Source: Aquamicrobium sp. (lineage in GTDB: Bacteria; Pseudomonadota; Alphaproteobacteria; Rhizobiales; Rhizobiaceae). From it: a stretch of DNA of 64,000 nt. The stretch is from assembly GCA_039808485.1 (NCBI GenBank), contig JBDHTD010000001.1, positions 64,116 through 128,115 of the forward strand. Direction: 5' to 3'. Both the position numbers and the translations under genes were made by a program. Under the pieces are notes generated by a model, which had not been told where the DNA came from, made no database searches, and worked only from the letters and a program-made list of their open reading frames with translations. Below are positions 1 through 11,458 of this stretch, one piece after another (within the stretch, counting starts at the first letter, position 1; every line of letters starts with the position of its first letter).

Positions 1-15
1 ACCGGAGAGACGAGC

Positions 16-621
16 TTGACTGAAGTCCGCCACATCGTCTTCGACATCGGCAAGGTGTTGATCCATTACGATCCGGAACTGCCGTTCCGGCGGCTGATCC
101 CGGACGAGGCGGCGCGGCGGCGCTTCCTCGCCGAGGTCTGCACGCCGCAATGGAACGTCGAGCAGGATCGCGGCCGGCCGTGGCCGGAGGCCGAGGCGCT
201 GCTGATCGCCGCGCATCCGCGGGACGAGGAGCTGATCCGCGCCTTCCGCCGCCAGTGGCACGAGATGGTGCCGCACGCCCATGACGGCAGCGTCGCGATC
301 CTGGAACGGCTGGTCGCGGCCGGCCGCGACGTGACGCTGCTGACCAATTTCGCCGCCGACACCTTCGCCGAGGCGCGGCGGCGCTTCGCCTTCCTCGACC
401 TGCCGCGCGGCGCGACCGTCTCGGGCGAGGTCGGGGTCATCAAGCCCGACGCCGCCATCTACCGGCTGCACGCGGAGAAATTCGGGCTGGAACCCGCGGC
501 GACGCTGTTCATCGACGACAGCGCCGGGAATGTCGACGGCGCGCGCGCCGCCGGCTGGCAGGCGGTGCCGTTCACCGACGCGCCGACGCTGGAAAGCGAC
601 CTCGCCCGGTTCGGGTTCTGA
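16..621 (+). CDS. HAD family phosphatase
   Basis: HAD motif I (IVFDIGKV), KP motif (GVIKPD) and motif IV (FIDD). TTG start with GGAGA upstream. Confidence 0.85.
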   Translation: MTEVRHIVFDIGKVLIHYDPELPFRRLIPDEAARRRFLAEVCTPQWNVEQDRGRPWPEAEALLIAAHPRDEELIRAFRRQWHEMVPHAHDGSVAILERLVAAGRDVTLLTNFAADTFAEARRRFAFLDLPRGATVSGEVGVIKPDAAIYRLHAEKFGLEPAATLFIDDSAGNVDGARAAGWQAVPFTDAPTLESDLARFGF

Positions 622-628
622 ACGGGCC

Positions 629-1817
<1,189 letters not shown>

Positions 1818-1985
1818 GGTTACCTTTCTCGGTAAATTTTTAATGAAGCGCGCGCCCCTCTTTTTCGCTCCGGTTTGCCCTGGCGCGGACCATGGTGTAT
1901 GCCGCCCGGCTTTCAGGACGACGGTTCCGCGCCCCCTGCCCTCCCCGGAGGCGGCGGCGGCCGTCCAGCCAAAGGTTCCCTTTCG

Positions 1986-2675
1986 ATGCCGCAACCCGAA
2001 CTCGTCATCTTCGACTGCGACGGCGTGCTCGCCGATTCCGAGATCATCGCGGCGCGGGTCGAGGCCGATCTCCTGACCAAGGCGGGCTTCGCCATCACGC
2101 CGGAGGAACTGGCCGAGACCTATTCGGGCCTGACCTTCAAGGACATCCTGCTGCGCATCGAGCGCGAGGCGGAGATCCCGTTCCAGGCCACCCTGCTCGA
2201 CGAGGTCGAGCGGCTGGTCGACCAGCGGCTGGCGCGCGAGGTGCGGGCGGTCGAGGGCGCGCGCGAGGCCGTGGCATGGGTGGAGGGCAAGCGCTGCATC
2301 TGCTCCAATTCCGGCCCGGCGCGGGTCAAGTCGACGCTGGCGCGGACCGGGCTCGCGCCGTTCTTTCCCGGAACCGTGTTCTCCGTCGCCGACCTGCCCT
2401 CGGGCAAGCCGAAGCCGGCGCCGGACATCTTCCTCCACGCCGCGAAGCAGATGGCGGCCGACCCGCGCGCCACCTTCGTGATCGAGGATTCCGTCCATGG
2501 CGTCGCCGGCGCGCGGGCGGCCGGCATGCGCGTCATCGGCTTCACCGGCGGCGCCCACAGCCATCCCGGCCATGCCGACCTCCTGACGGAAGCCGGGGCC
2601 GAGACGACGATCCGTCGCTGGGCCGACTTCCCGGCCGTGGTCACAGCCCTGTCGGAATGGTCGGAGGATGCCTGA
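1986..2675 (+). CDS. HAD family hydrolase (subfamily IA)
   Basis: MPQPELVIFDCDGVLADSE motif I, KPKPAPD and VIEDS motifs. Start moved to ATG 1986. Confidence 0.88.
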   Translation: MPQPELVIFDCDGVLADSEIIAARVEADLLTKAGFAITPEELAETYSGLTFKDILLRIEREAEIPFQATLLDEVERLVDQRLAREVRAVEGAREAVAWVEGKRCICSNSGPARVKSTLARTGLAPFFPGTVFSVADLPSGKPKPAPDIFLHAAKQMAADPRATFVIEDSVHGVAGARAAGMRVIGFTGGAHSHPGHADLLTEAGAETTIRRWADFPAVVTALSEWSEDA

Positions 2676-2677
2676 GC

Positions 2678-2718
2678 GCGGCTTCGGCCGCCGCCCGGCG
2701 CGCGCCGCTTCGGCGCGC
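2678..2718. terminator. Two GC-rich hairpins between convergent genes
   Basis: GCGGC-TTCG-GCCGC (2678-2691) and GCGCGCCG-CTT-CGGCGCGC (2700-2718). Confidence 0.5.
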
Positions 2719-2723
2719 TATCG

Positions 2724-3320
2724 TCAGCGCCTGGTCTTTTCGTCGAAGCCGACGACCACGCGCACGTTGCGCGAGGTCGGGTTGGGCATCGAGAAATTCC
2801 GGTCGACGACGACGAACTGGGTCGCGCCGACGGTATCGGCGATCGTCACCTCGTGATCGAAACGCTGGGAATGGATTTCCGTCGTGTCCTGAAACACCCT
2901 GATATGCAGCGGCAGGCGCACGGTTCCCGGCGTCCCGGTCGGGCCGGGGATGAGGCGGCCGGCGAGGCCGATCGTCATCGCGGTCATGCCGCCGCCATAG
3001 GTGCAGCTTCGCGTGGTGTCGACGATGGCGGCGCGGTAGTTGAGCTTGGCCGGATCGCCGTCGCCGCCGCGCTGGTAGGAATTCAGCACGGCGTCGCGCT
3101 CGGCCAGCGAGACAGCGGGGCAATAGGCCAGCAGCTCCTGGACGGTGATCGTCTCCTGGCCGGCCGGCGGCTGGGTTTCCACCTGCGGCTGGCCGCGCCC
3201 GCCGCCGATGTTCAACGCCCCGAGCGTGTCGCCCGACTGGCAACCGGAAAGCGCAAGCACGAGACCGAGCGCCGAAAGGCCGGCGAGCTTCAAGCGGACG
3301 AACTCCCGAACAAATGCCAT
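2724..3320 (-). CDS. Putative lipoprotein of unknown function
   Basis: Basic N-terminus, hydrophobic stretch and lipobox LSGC, with genome-typical codon usage. Start ATG 3320. Confidence 0.75.
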   Translation of the reverse strand: MAFVREFVRLKLAGLSALGLVLALSGCQSGDTLGALNIGGGRGQPQVETQPPAGQETITVQELLAYCPAVSLAERDAVLNSYQRGGDGDPAKLNYRAAIVDTTRSCTYGGGMTAMTIGLAGRLIPGPTGTPGTVRLPLHIRVFQDTTEIHSQRFDHEVTIADTVGATQFVVVDRNFSMPNPTSRNVRVVVGFDEKTRR

Positions 3321-3439
3321 GAACCGCACTTCCCTCAAGCAAAGCTGGCGTTCTATACCAACGCCGCAGTAAAAAGGCGACCGCGCGAATGCGGTTTTTC
3401 GAAGACCGCGCCGCAGGCGGCGCAACCGGACGGATCATC

Positions 3440-4891
3440 ATGCGCTATGTGAGCACGAGGGGCGGCGCGCCCGAACTGGGTTTCTGCGACGTCCTGCTGG
3501 CGGGGCTGGCACGCGACGGCGGCCTTTACGTGCCGGCCGAATGGCCGCACCTCTCCCCGGACGACATCCGCGCCCTGCGCGGGCTCGCCTATCCCGACCT
3601 CGCGGTCCGGCTGCTGACGCCGTTCCTCGGCGGCGAGATCGACGAGCGCACCTTCGCCGCGATCGTGCGCGAAGCCTACGCCACGTTCCGCCACGACGCG
3701 GTCGCGCCGCTCATCCAGACCGGGGCGAACGAGTTCGTGCTCGAGCTGTTCCACGGGCCGACGCTCGCCTTCAAGGACGTCGCCATGCAGTTGCTGGCGC
3801 GCCTGATGGACCACGTGCTCGCCCAACGCGGCGAGCGCGCCACCATCGCCGGCGCCACCTCCGGCGACACCGGCGGCGCGGCGATCGAGGCGTTCGCGGG
3901 CCGGGACCGCACCGACATCTTCATCCTGTTCCCGGACGGCCGCGTCTCGCCCGTGCAGCAGCGCCAGATGACGACCTCGACGGCGGCGAACGTCCACGCC
4001 GTCGCGCTTCAGGGCAATTTCGACGACTGCCAGGACATCGTGAAGGGCATGTTCAACCATCATGCCTTCCGCGACCGGGTTTCGCTCGCCGGCGTCAACT
4101 CCATCAACTGGGCGCGGATCATGGCCCAGATCGTCTATTTCTTCTCCTCGGCGCTGTCGCTCGGCGCGCCGGACCGGCCGGTCTCCTTCACCGTGCCGAC
4201 GGGGAATTTCGGCGACATCTTCGCCGGCTACGCGGCGAAGCGCATGGGCCTGCCGATCGAGCGGCTCGTCATCGCCACCAACGACAACGACATCCTGGCG
4301 CGCACGCTCGTCGGCGGCGTCTACGAGACGCGCGGCGTCGTCGAGACCACCTCGCCGTCGATGGACATCCAGGTGTCGTCCAATTTCGAGCGGCTGCTCT
4401 TCGAGGCATCGGGACGCAACGCCGCCGCGGTGGTGCGCGCCATGGACGGGCTGAAGCAGTCGGGCCGCTTCGCGCTCGCCGAGGGAACGCTCGAGGCGAT
4501 CCGCCGCGATTTCGACGCCGGCCGCTCGACCATGGACGAGACCGCGGCGACGATCCGCGCCGTCCTCGCCGGCAGCTCCTATCTCGCCGATCCGCACACC
4601 GCGACGGCAATCAAGGTCGCGCGCGATGCGGCGCAGGCAAAGGTCGCGCGCGACGCGGCGCAGGCAAAGGTCGCGCGCGGCCAAGCACATGACAGGACGC
4701 CGATGGTGGTGCTGTCGACCGCGCACCCGGCCAAGTTCCCCGACGCCGTCGAGGCGGCGGGCGGCGGGCGGCCCGCCCTTCCCGCCTGGCAGGGCGACCT
4801 GATGCAGCGCGAGGAGCGTTACACCGTGCTTCCATCCGACCGGAAAATGGTGGAAGATTATATCAGCCGGCTGACGAGAGCCGTGTCTTAG
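3440..4891 (+). CDS. thrC: Threonine synthase
   Basis: MRYVSTRG N-terminus, PLP lysine motif FHGPTLAFKD, ATSGDTG, NSINWARI, VPTGNFG, STAHPAKF. Confidence 0.96.
   Translation: MRYVSTRGGAPELGFCDVLLAGLARDGGLYVPAEWPHLSPDDIRALRGLAYPDLAVRLLTPFLGGEIDERTFAAIVREAYATFRHDAVAPLIQTGANEFVLELFHGPTLAFKDVAMQLLARLMDHVLAQRGERATIAGATSGDTGGAAIEAFAGRDRTDIFILFPDGRVSPVQQRQMTTSTAANVHAVALQGNFDDCQDIVKGMFNHHAFRDRVSLAGVNSINWARIMAQIVYFFSSALSLGAPDRPVSFTVPTGNFGDIFAGYAAKRMGLPIERLVIATNDNDILARTLVGGVYETRGVVETTSPSMDIQVSSNFERLLFEASGRNAAAVVRAMDGLKQSGRFALAEGTLEAIRRDFDAGRSTMDETAATIRAVLAGSSYLADPHTATAIKVARDAAQAKVARDAAQAKVARGQAHDRTPMVVLSTAHPAKFPDAVEAAGGGRPALPAWQGDLMQREERYTVLPSDRKMVEDYISRLTRAVS
4613..4678 (+). repeat. In-frame 27-bp tandem repeat (about 2.4 copies) inside thrC
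   Basis: AAGGTCGCGCGCGA(T/C)GCGGCGCAGGCA at 4613-4639 and 4640-4666, plus a partial copy at 4667-4678. Encodes KVARDAAQA-KVARDAAQA-KVAR. Confidence 0.95.
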
Positions 4892-4925
4892 GCGGCAAGG
4901 TCGCGTTCGGGGAGTCGAGTTCGAA

Positions 4926-6218
4926 ATGGGTGTTGAGGTCAGCAGGCTGTCCAACGGCCTGACGGTTGCCACGGAGACGTTGCCGCATATCGAGTCGGTC
5001 GCGCTGGGGGTGTGGGTCAAGTCCGGCGCGCGCAACGAGCGCGGCGACGAGCACGGGCTCGCCCACCTCCTCGAACACATGGCATTCAAGGGAACCGGCA
5101 GCCGCAGCGCCTGGAAGATCGCCTCCGAGATCGAGGACGTCGGCGGCGAGATCAACGCCGCCACCAGCGTCGAGACCACCTCCTTCTATGCCCGCGTGCT
5201 GAAGGACGACATGCCGCTGGCCATCGACATCCTCGCCGACATCCTGAACGATTCGCTGTTCGACCCGCACGAGCTCGAGCGCGAGCAGCACGTCATCCTC
5301 CAGGAGATCGGCGCGGCCCACGACACCCCCGACGACATCGTCTTCGACCGCTTCACCGAGACCGCGTTCCGCGACCAGGCGCTCGGCCGCTCCATCCTCG
5401 GCACGCCGGAGACGGTGGAGTCCTTCACCTCCGCCCAGCTTCGCGCCTTCATGGAGCGCCAGTACGGGGCGGAGCGCATGGTGGTGGTCGCCGCCGGCGG
5501 CGTCGTCCACGACGAATTCGTCCGCGAGGTCGAGAAGCGGCTCGGCTCGTTCCGTCCACATTCCGCCAGCGAGGCGTTTCCGGCCGCCGCCTATGCCGGC
5601 GGCGACTTCCGCGAGGAACGCGACCTGATGGACGCCCAGATCGTGCTCGGCTTCGAGGGCCGCGCCTATCACGTGCGCGATTTCTACGCCAGCCAGGTGC
5701 TGTCGATGATCCTCGGCGGGGGCATGTCGTCGCGCCTGTTCCAGGAGGTGCGCGAGAAGCGCGGCCTGTGCTATTCGGTCTACGCCTTCCACTGGGGCTT
5801 TTCCGACACCGGCATCTTCGGCATCCACGCCGCCACCGGCAAGGACGACATCGCCGAGCTGGTGCCGGTGATCGTCGGCGAGCTGCGCCGTGCCGGCGAG
5901 GACATCACCCAGGAAGAGCTGAACCGCGCCCGCGCCCAATACCGCGCCGGCCTGATGATGTCGCACGAGAGCGCTTCCGCCCGCGCCTCGCAGATCGCGC
6001 GGCAATTGCTGCTATTCGGCCGCCCCATCGGCACGGAGGAGCTGGTGGACAGGCTGTCGAAGCTCACCGTCGAGCGCATGACCGACCTGTCCTCGCGCCT
6101 GTTCTCGACGTGCCCCACGCTCGCCGCCATCGGCCCGGTCTCGGCGCTGCCCGCCTTCGACACGATCGGCGACAGCCTTGCCGCGGCAACGGCGGCGCCG
6201 CACAAGCTCGCCGTCTGA
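4926..6218 (+). CDS. M16 family (pitrilysin/MPP-like) zinc peptidase
   Basis: Inverted zincin motif HLLEH, INAATSVETT and GGGMSSRLFQEVREKRGLCY. Confidence 0.93.
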   Translation: MGVEVSRLSNGLTVATETLPHIESVALGVWVKSGARNERGDEHGLAHLLEHMAFKGTGSRSAWKIASEIEDVGGEINAATSVETTSFYARVLKDDMPLAIDILADILNDSLFDPHELEREQHVILQEIGAAHDTPDDIVFDRFTETAFRDQALGRSILGTPETVESFTSAQLRAFMERQYGAERMVVVAAGGVVHDEFVREVEKRLGSFRPHSASEAFPAAAYAGGDFREERDLMDAQIVLGFEGRAYHVRDFYASQVLSMILGGGMSSRLFQEVREKRGLCYSVYAFHWGFSDTGIFGIHAATGKDDIAELVPVIVGELRRAGEDITQEELNRARAQYRAGLMMSHESASARASQIARQLLLFGRPIGTEELVDRLSKLTVERMTDLSSRLFSTCPTLAAIGPVSALPAFDTIGDSLAAATAAPHKLAV

Positions 6219-6240
6219 CCCCGCCGGCGGAAAAAAGCGC

Positions 6241-6852
6241 ATGGTCGCCCTGCCCTTCCTCCGCCGCGAACCGCCGGCACTCAGGGGCAGCAGGGTCGCA
6301 TTGCGCGCGCCACTCAGTTCCGACTACCGCGAATGGGCGGCGCTGCGCCACGAGAGCCGCGCCTTCCTCGAGCCATGGGAGCCGCGCTGGGCGCGCGACG
6401 AGCTGGAGCGCAGCGGCTGGAAGCGGCGCATGCGCCGCTATCGCGAGGATTTCGCTGCCGGCAGCGCCATCCCCTATCTCGTCTTCGACAGCGCCCGCGG
6501 CCATCTCGTCGGCGGCATCACCATCGGCAACATCCGCCACGGCGTGTCGCAATCGGCCCAGATCGGCTACTGGACCGGCGAGCGCCACGCCGGGCGCGGC
6601 TACATGCAGGATGCCGTGGCCGCCGTCCTCGCCCATGCCTTCGGCGCGATGAGGTTGCACCGCGTCGAGGCCGCCTGTATTCCGGACAACGTCCGTTCGA
6701 TCCGCGTACTTGAAAAAACCGGATTCGAGCGGGAAGGACTGCTGCGGTCCTACCTGCGCATCAACGGCGTTTGGCAGGACCACTACATCTACGCCCGGAT
6801 CGCCGACGACGCGCGGCAGGGCGCAAGCGAGACGAGAGGCCCAGGCGTTTGA
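6241..6852 (+). CDS. RimJ/RimL family GNAT N-acetyltransferase
   Basis: AQIGYWTG, GRGYM, LHRVEAACIPDNVRSIRVLEKTGFEREG. Start ATG 6241. Confidence 0.88.
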   Translation: MVALPFLRREPPALRGSRVALRAPLSSDYREWAALRHESRAFLEPWEPRWARDELERSGWKRRMRRYREDFAAGSAIPYLVFDSARGHLVGGITIGNIRHGVSQSAQIGYWTGERHAGRGYMQDAVAAVLAHAFGAMRLHRVEAACIPDNVRSIRVLEKTGFEREGLLRSYLRINGVWQDHYIYARIADDARQGASETRGPGV

Positions 6853-6860
6853 CAGCAACG

Positions 6861-9737
6861 ATGCGAACGGGGCAACGGCTGACGGGCGCGCTTCTGGCGC
6901 TTCTTTTCATCCTGTCGGCCTTTCCTGCGCTGGCCATCGAGCCGATCAAGATCTCGCGCGAGGACGTCGCGCTCGACCTGTCGCGCGCCGTCGAGATCTA
7001 CCGCAACCAGGGCCAGAATTTCCAGGTCTCGACCGCGCCCGGCATCGACGGCATCGTGCGGCGCATCGAGGTCGAAGCACTGGACGAACGTTCCAGCGGC
7101 GACTGGGCGGTGTTCGCGCTCGCCAACACCACCGACCGCCAGCTCGACCGGCTGATCGTCGCGCCGCACTACCGCCTGGTCGGCTCGGGGCTGATGTGGC
7201 CGGACCTAGGCTCCAACCGCATCGCCGCGATCACGCCGAGCGAGGGCTTCGCGCTCGACCGCCAGGCGAGCCGCGACGCCGACATCTTCCTCGTCACGCT
7301 CAATCCCGGCTCGATCGTCACCTTCATCGCGGAGCTGTCCTCGCCGCGCCTGCCGCAGGTCTATCTGTGGGAGCCGGAAGCCTACAAGGACACGATGAAT
7401 TCCTACACGCTGTTCCGCGGCATCGTCATCGGCATCGCCGGGCTTCTGGCGCTGTTCCTGACCATCCTGTTCGTGGTCAAGGGCACGTCGATGTTTCCGG
7501 CGACGGCGGCGCTGTCATGGGCGGTGCTGGCCTATATCTGCATCGATTTCGGCTTCCTGAACCAGGTGCTGGAAATCACCGCCGGATCGGAGCGATTGTG
7601 GCGCGCCGGCACCGAGATCGCGCTCGCGGCGACGCTGGTGGTGTTCCTCTACACCTATCTGAACCTGAACCGCTGGCACCTGCACTTCAGCTACGGCGCC
7701 GTCACCTGGGTGCTGGCGCTGGCGGCGCTGTCCGGCGTGCTTCTGTTCGATCCTTCGGTCGCCTCCGGCATCGCGCGCTTCTCCTTCGCGCTCACCGCGG
7801 TGCTCGGCCTCGGCATCATCACCTATCTGTCGATCAGGAGCTACGACCGCGCCATCATGCTGGTGCCGAGCTGGCTGATGATCCTGGTCTGGCTGGCGGG
7901 GTCGTGGATGACCGTCACCGGCGCGCTCGACAACGACATCGTGCAGCCGGCGCTCGGCGGCGGGCTGGTGCTCATCATCCTTTTGATCGGCTTCACGGTC
8001 ATGCAGCACGCCTTTGCCGGCGGCGCGCTGCACCAGGGCCTGTTCAGCGACATGGAACGGCAGGCGCTGGCGATCGCGGGCTCGGGCGACACGGTGTGGG
8101 ACTGGGACGTGCTGCGCGACCGCGTCGTCACCCGGCCCGACGTCTCGCGCCAGCTCGGCCTGCCGCAGGGCAGCCTGAACGGGCCGGTGCGCAACTGGCT
8201 GCCCGTGCTCCACGCCGAGGACCGCGACACCTTCCGCACCACGCTCGACGTCATCCTGGAACACCGCCGCGGCCGGGTCTCGCAGTCGTTCCGCATGCGC
8301 GGGGCCGACGGCCACTATCACTGGTTCACGCTGAAGGCGCGGCCGATCATCGGCTCGGACGGCGAGATCATCCGCTGCGTCGGCACTCTGGTCGACGTGA
8401 CCGAGGAGAAGAAGGCCGAGGAGCGGCTGCTGCACGACGCCGTCCACGACAACCTGACCGGCCTGCCGACGCGCGAGCTTTTCCTGGACCGGCTGGACGG
8501 CGTCATCGCCATCGCCCGAACCGAGGAAGGTGTGCGCCCCACCGTCATCGTCCTCGACATCGACCGCTTCAAGCAGGTCAATGACGGGCTGGGCATCTCG
8601 GCCGGCGACACCATCCTGCTCACCGTCGCGCGGCGGCTGCACCGGCTGCTGAAGCCGCAGGATTCGCTCGCCCGCTTCAGCGGCGACCAGTTCGCGCTCC
8701 TGCTTCTGTCGGAGCAGGAGCCCAGCCGCGTCGCCACCATCGCCGAGGCGATGAAGAAGGCGATCAACGCGCCGATCACCTTCGCCAAGCGCGAGATCGT
8801 GCTGTCGGCCTCGCTCGGCCTCGTCTCCTGGACCAATTCGCAGTCCAGCGCCGGCGAGATGGTCAAGGACGCCGAGCTCGCCATGCACCAGGCCAAGCGC
8901 TTCGGCGGCGATCGCATCGAGCCGTTCCGCCCCGCCTTCCGCTCGGTCGGCACCGACCGGCTCCAGCTCGAATCCGACCTCCACCGCGCGGTCGAGCGGC
9001 AGGAACTCAGGCTTGCCTACCAGCCGATCGTGCGGCTCGAGGACCGCTCCATCGCCGGTTTCGAGGCGCTGCTGCGCTGGGACCATCCGCGCCGGGGGCA
9101 GATTCCGCCGGCGGATTTCATTCCCGTGGCCGAGAATTGCGGCCTGATCGTCCAGCTCGGCCTGTTCGCGATGCAGCAGGCGGCGGACGACCTTTCGATG
9201 TGGCAGAAGCAGATCGGCGAGGTGCCGCTGTCGGTTTCCGTCAACCTGTCGAGCCGGCAACTGATCCGCCGCGACCTCGTCAGCGACGTGCGCTCGGTGG
9301 TGGCGCGGGCCAACATCAAGCCGCGCTGCTTCCGGCTGGAGCTGACCGAATCGCTGGTGATGGACAATCCCGAGCAATCGACCCACATCCTGGCCAAGCT
9401 GAAGCAGCTCGGCATCGGCCTGTCGCTCGACGATTTCGGCACCGGCTATTCCTCGCTTGCGTACCTCACCCGCTTCCCCTTCGACACGATCAAGATCGAC
9501 AAGAGCTTCATCGACGACACCAGCCCGAAGCGCTCGGTGCTGCTGCGCTCGATGGTCGGCATGGCGCACGAGCTCGGGCTGTCGGTGGTGGCCGAGGGGG
9601 TCGCCGACGACAACGACGCGCTGGAACTCCGGCAGATGGGCTGCGAGTATGTCCAGAGCTTCCTGTTCGGCCCGCCGATCCAGGCCGACGCGGCGCTGAA
9701 GCTGCTCAAGGAGCAGTTCCCGCTGGTCAAGGCGTAA
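6861..9737 (+). CDS. Membrane sensor c-di-GMP protein (periplasmic domain, multi-TM, PAS, degenerate GGDEF, EAL)
   Basis: Signal peptide and about 7 TM helices, PAS-like segment (WDWD...HAEDR), HDNLTGLP, SGDQF in place of GGDEF, GFEALLRW and DDFGTGYSSL. Confidence 0.9.
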   Translation: MRTGQRLTGALLALLFILSAFPALAIEPIKISREDVALDLSRAVEIYRNQGQNFQVSTAPGIDGIVRRIEVEALDERSSGDWAVFALANTTDRQLDRLIVAPHYRLVGSGLMWPDLGSNRIAAITPSEGFALDRQASRDADIFLVTLNPGSIVTFIAELSSPRLPQVYLWEPEAYKDTMNSYTLFRGIVIGIAGLLALFLTILFVVKGTSMFPATAALSWAVLAYICIDFGFLNQVLEITAGSERLWRAGTEIALAATLVVFLYTYLNLNRWHLHFSYGAVTWVLALAALSGVLLFDPSVASGIARFSFALTAVLGLGIITYLSIRSYDRAIMLVPSWLMILVWLAGSWMTVTGALDNDIVQPALGGGLVLIILLIGFTVMQHAFAGGALHQGLFSDMERQALAIAGSGDTVWDWDVLRDRVVTRPDVSRQLGLPQGSLNGPVRNWLPVLHAEDRDTFRTTLDVILEHRRGRVSQSFRMRGADGHYHWFTLKARPIIGSDGEIIRCVGTLVDVTEEKKAEERLLHDAVHDNLTGLPTRELFLDRLDGVIAIARTEEGVRPTVIVLDIDRFKQVNDGLGISAGDTILLTVARRLHRLLKPQDSLARFSGDQFALLLLSEQEPSRVATIAEAMKKAINAPITFAKREIVLSASLGLVSWTNSQSSAGEMVKDAELAMHQAKRFGGDRIEPFRPAFRSVGTDRLQLESDLHRAVERQELRLAYQPIVRLEDRSIAGFEALLRWDHPRRGQIPPADFIPVAENCGLIVQLGLFAMQQAADDLSMWQKQIGEVPLSVSVNLSSRQLIRRDLVSDVRSVVARANIKPRCFRLELTESLVMDNPEQSTHILAKLKQLGIGLSLDDFGTGYSSLAYLTRFPFDTIKIDKSFIDDTSPKRSVLLRSMVGMAHELGLSVVAEGVADDNDALELRQMGCEYVQSFLFGPPIQADAALKLLKEQFPLVKA

Positions 9738-9800
9738 CGGCGCGGCGGCATCCCCGCGTTCAGGCCCCCGTGCCCAGACCGCTCAAGCCGCTCGGGCCGC

Positions 9801-10409
9801 TCAGGCGTGGCCGGCTTCCATGCTCAGATGCGCCGGGTCGATGCCGATCGAGGCGAGGATGCGGTCATATTTGCGCTCGATGTCGGGGTCGAACACCAGA
9901 TCGACGCTGGCCGGGCAGGTGAGCCAGCCGTTCTCGGCGATCTCGTGCTCGAGCTGCCCCGCACCCCAGCCGGCATAGCCGAGCGCCATCAGCGCGTGGC
10001 GCGGCCCCTTGCCGGACGAGATCGCGCGCAGGATGTCGACGGTGGCCGTCAGGCAGATCTCGTCGGAGACCGGCATCGAGGATTCGACCATGTAGTCGTC
10101 GCTGTGCAGCACGAAGCCGCGGCTGCGGTCGACCGGGCCGCCATGGCGCACGACGATGTCGCGCGTCTTGGCCGGCAGGCGGATCGCCTCCTTCTCGTCG
10201 AGGAGGCCGAGCTGGACCAGAAGGTCGGGGAACATCAGGTGCTGGACCTGGTTGATGATCAGGCCCATCGCCCCTTCCTCGCTGTGGGCGCAGACATAGA
10301 TGACGGAACGCGCGAAGCGCTCGTCCTTCATGCCCGGCATGGCGATGAGGAACTGGTCGTCGAGGAAGCCGCCGCGCGCGGCGCCCCTGTTTTTGCCCAG
10401 CAGGTCCAT
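9801..10409 (-). CDS. YqgE/AlgH family protein (UPF0301)
   Basis: [45 protein letters not shown]. Start ATG 10409. Confidence 0.92.
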   Translation of the reverse strand: MDLLGKNRGAARGGFLDDQFLIAMPGMKDERFARSVIYVCAHSEEGAMGLIINQVQHLMFPDLLVQLGLLDEKEAIRLPAKTRDIVVRHGGPVDRSRGFVLHSDDYMVESSMPVSDEICLTATVDILRAISSGKGPRHALMALGYAGWGAGQLEHEIAENGWLTCPASVDLVFDPDIERKYDRILASIGIDPAHLSMEAGHA

Positions 10410-10563
10410 GAAACAAAAGCTAGCGCGTTTCCAGCCGACGCGAAAGGCGTCTTGAACGGCGATTCGACCGCCGTCGGAAGATGACGTTTCTCTCACGCAA
10501 TTATGATGCAGGCGCGGGCGGCGGGCGGTTGCGAAAGCAGGCGGTTGCGGCCACATTCGCGCC

Positions 10564-11376
10564 ATGTCGCCGTTCGCCCGCCTCCTGCCCCGCGCCAGCA
10601 TCGTCGCCCTCGCCTGCGCCTGCTCCACCCTCGCGCAGGCGGCGTCGAGCGGCTGGCACCATGTCGAGGGCGGGGCGATCCGCATCGTCACCAGCGGCGA
10701 GCCCGGCCCCGGCGGCCATCTGCGCGGGGCGCTGGAAATCCGCTTGAAGCCCGGCTGGAAGACCTACTGGCTCGACCCCGGTGCATCGGGCGTGCCGCCG
10801 ACGCTGACCGCGAGCGCCGGCGACACGGACACGGCGGTGGCGATCGGCTTTCCGCCGCCCAGGCGCTTCGACGACGGCTACGCGCCGTGGGCGGGCTACG
10901 ACCATCCGGTCTCGCTCGCGCTGACCATCGCGCTGCCGCAACGCACGCCGGCCAGGCTGGACGCCAGCGTCTTCCTCGGCGTCTGCGAGACGATCTGCAT
11001 CCCGGTCGCGGCCACGCTTTCGTTCGATCCGCGCGACGGCACGCACGCTCCCGAGGACGCGAGGGTGGTCAAGGACGCCTTCGCCGCCCTGCCCGCGCCG
11101 GCCCGGCCCGGCTTCTCTGCCGCCGCCGCCAGGGTCGGGGACGACGAAATCCTGATCGAGACCGCGCTGCCGGCGGGCGCGCGCGTGCTCGACCTGTTCG
11201 TGGCCGGCAGCGCGACGCTGGCGCTCGGCACGCCCGAGCGGCAGGGCGCGGAGCCGGACGGGCTCTTCCGCGTCCCGGTCGCGTTGCGCACGGGCGACCA
11301 CGCCGAGGAAGTCGCCTATACGCTGGTCACCGATGCCGGCGCCGTTTCCGGCACCATGGAGCTTCCGCCGCGCTGA
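10564..11376 (+). CDS. DsbD N-terminal-like thiol:disulfide interchange domain protein
   Basis: Signal peptide, [17 protein letters not shown] and GVCETICIP motifs. Confidence 0.8.
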   Translation: MSPFARLLPRASIVALACACSTLAQAASSGWHHVEGGAIRIVTSGEPGPGGHLRGALEIRLKPGWKTYWLDPGASGVPPTLTASAGDTDTAVAIGFPPPRRFDDGYAPWAGYDHPVSLALTIALPQRTPARLDASVFLGVCETICIPVAATLSFDPRDGTHAPEDARVVKDAFAALPAPARPGFSAAAARVGDDEILIETALPAGARVLDLFVAGSATLALGTPERQGAEPDGLFRVPVALRTGDHAEEVAYTLVTDAGAVSGTMELPPR

Positions 11377-11458
11377 AACGATTGTCAGCCCGCGCGCGAA
11401 CCGCTAACGGTTCGGGCTCCACCCCCTCGACGAACCCCTTCCCGACCAGAGGTGAAGT

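Noticed and set aside
4905-4925. GAGTTCGAAA resembling a tRNA T-loop
   Set aside because: No cloverleaf, D-arm or acceptor stem can be built, and the 34-nt gap is too short. It is the RBS region of the M16 peptidase gene.
11397-11414. CGAACCG-CTAA-CGGTTCG inverted repeat upstream of the peroxiredoxin gene
   Set aside because: It does not match the LexA direct repeat or any operator I can name. It could be a weak terminator for the upstream gene, so support is insufficient.
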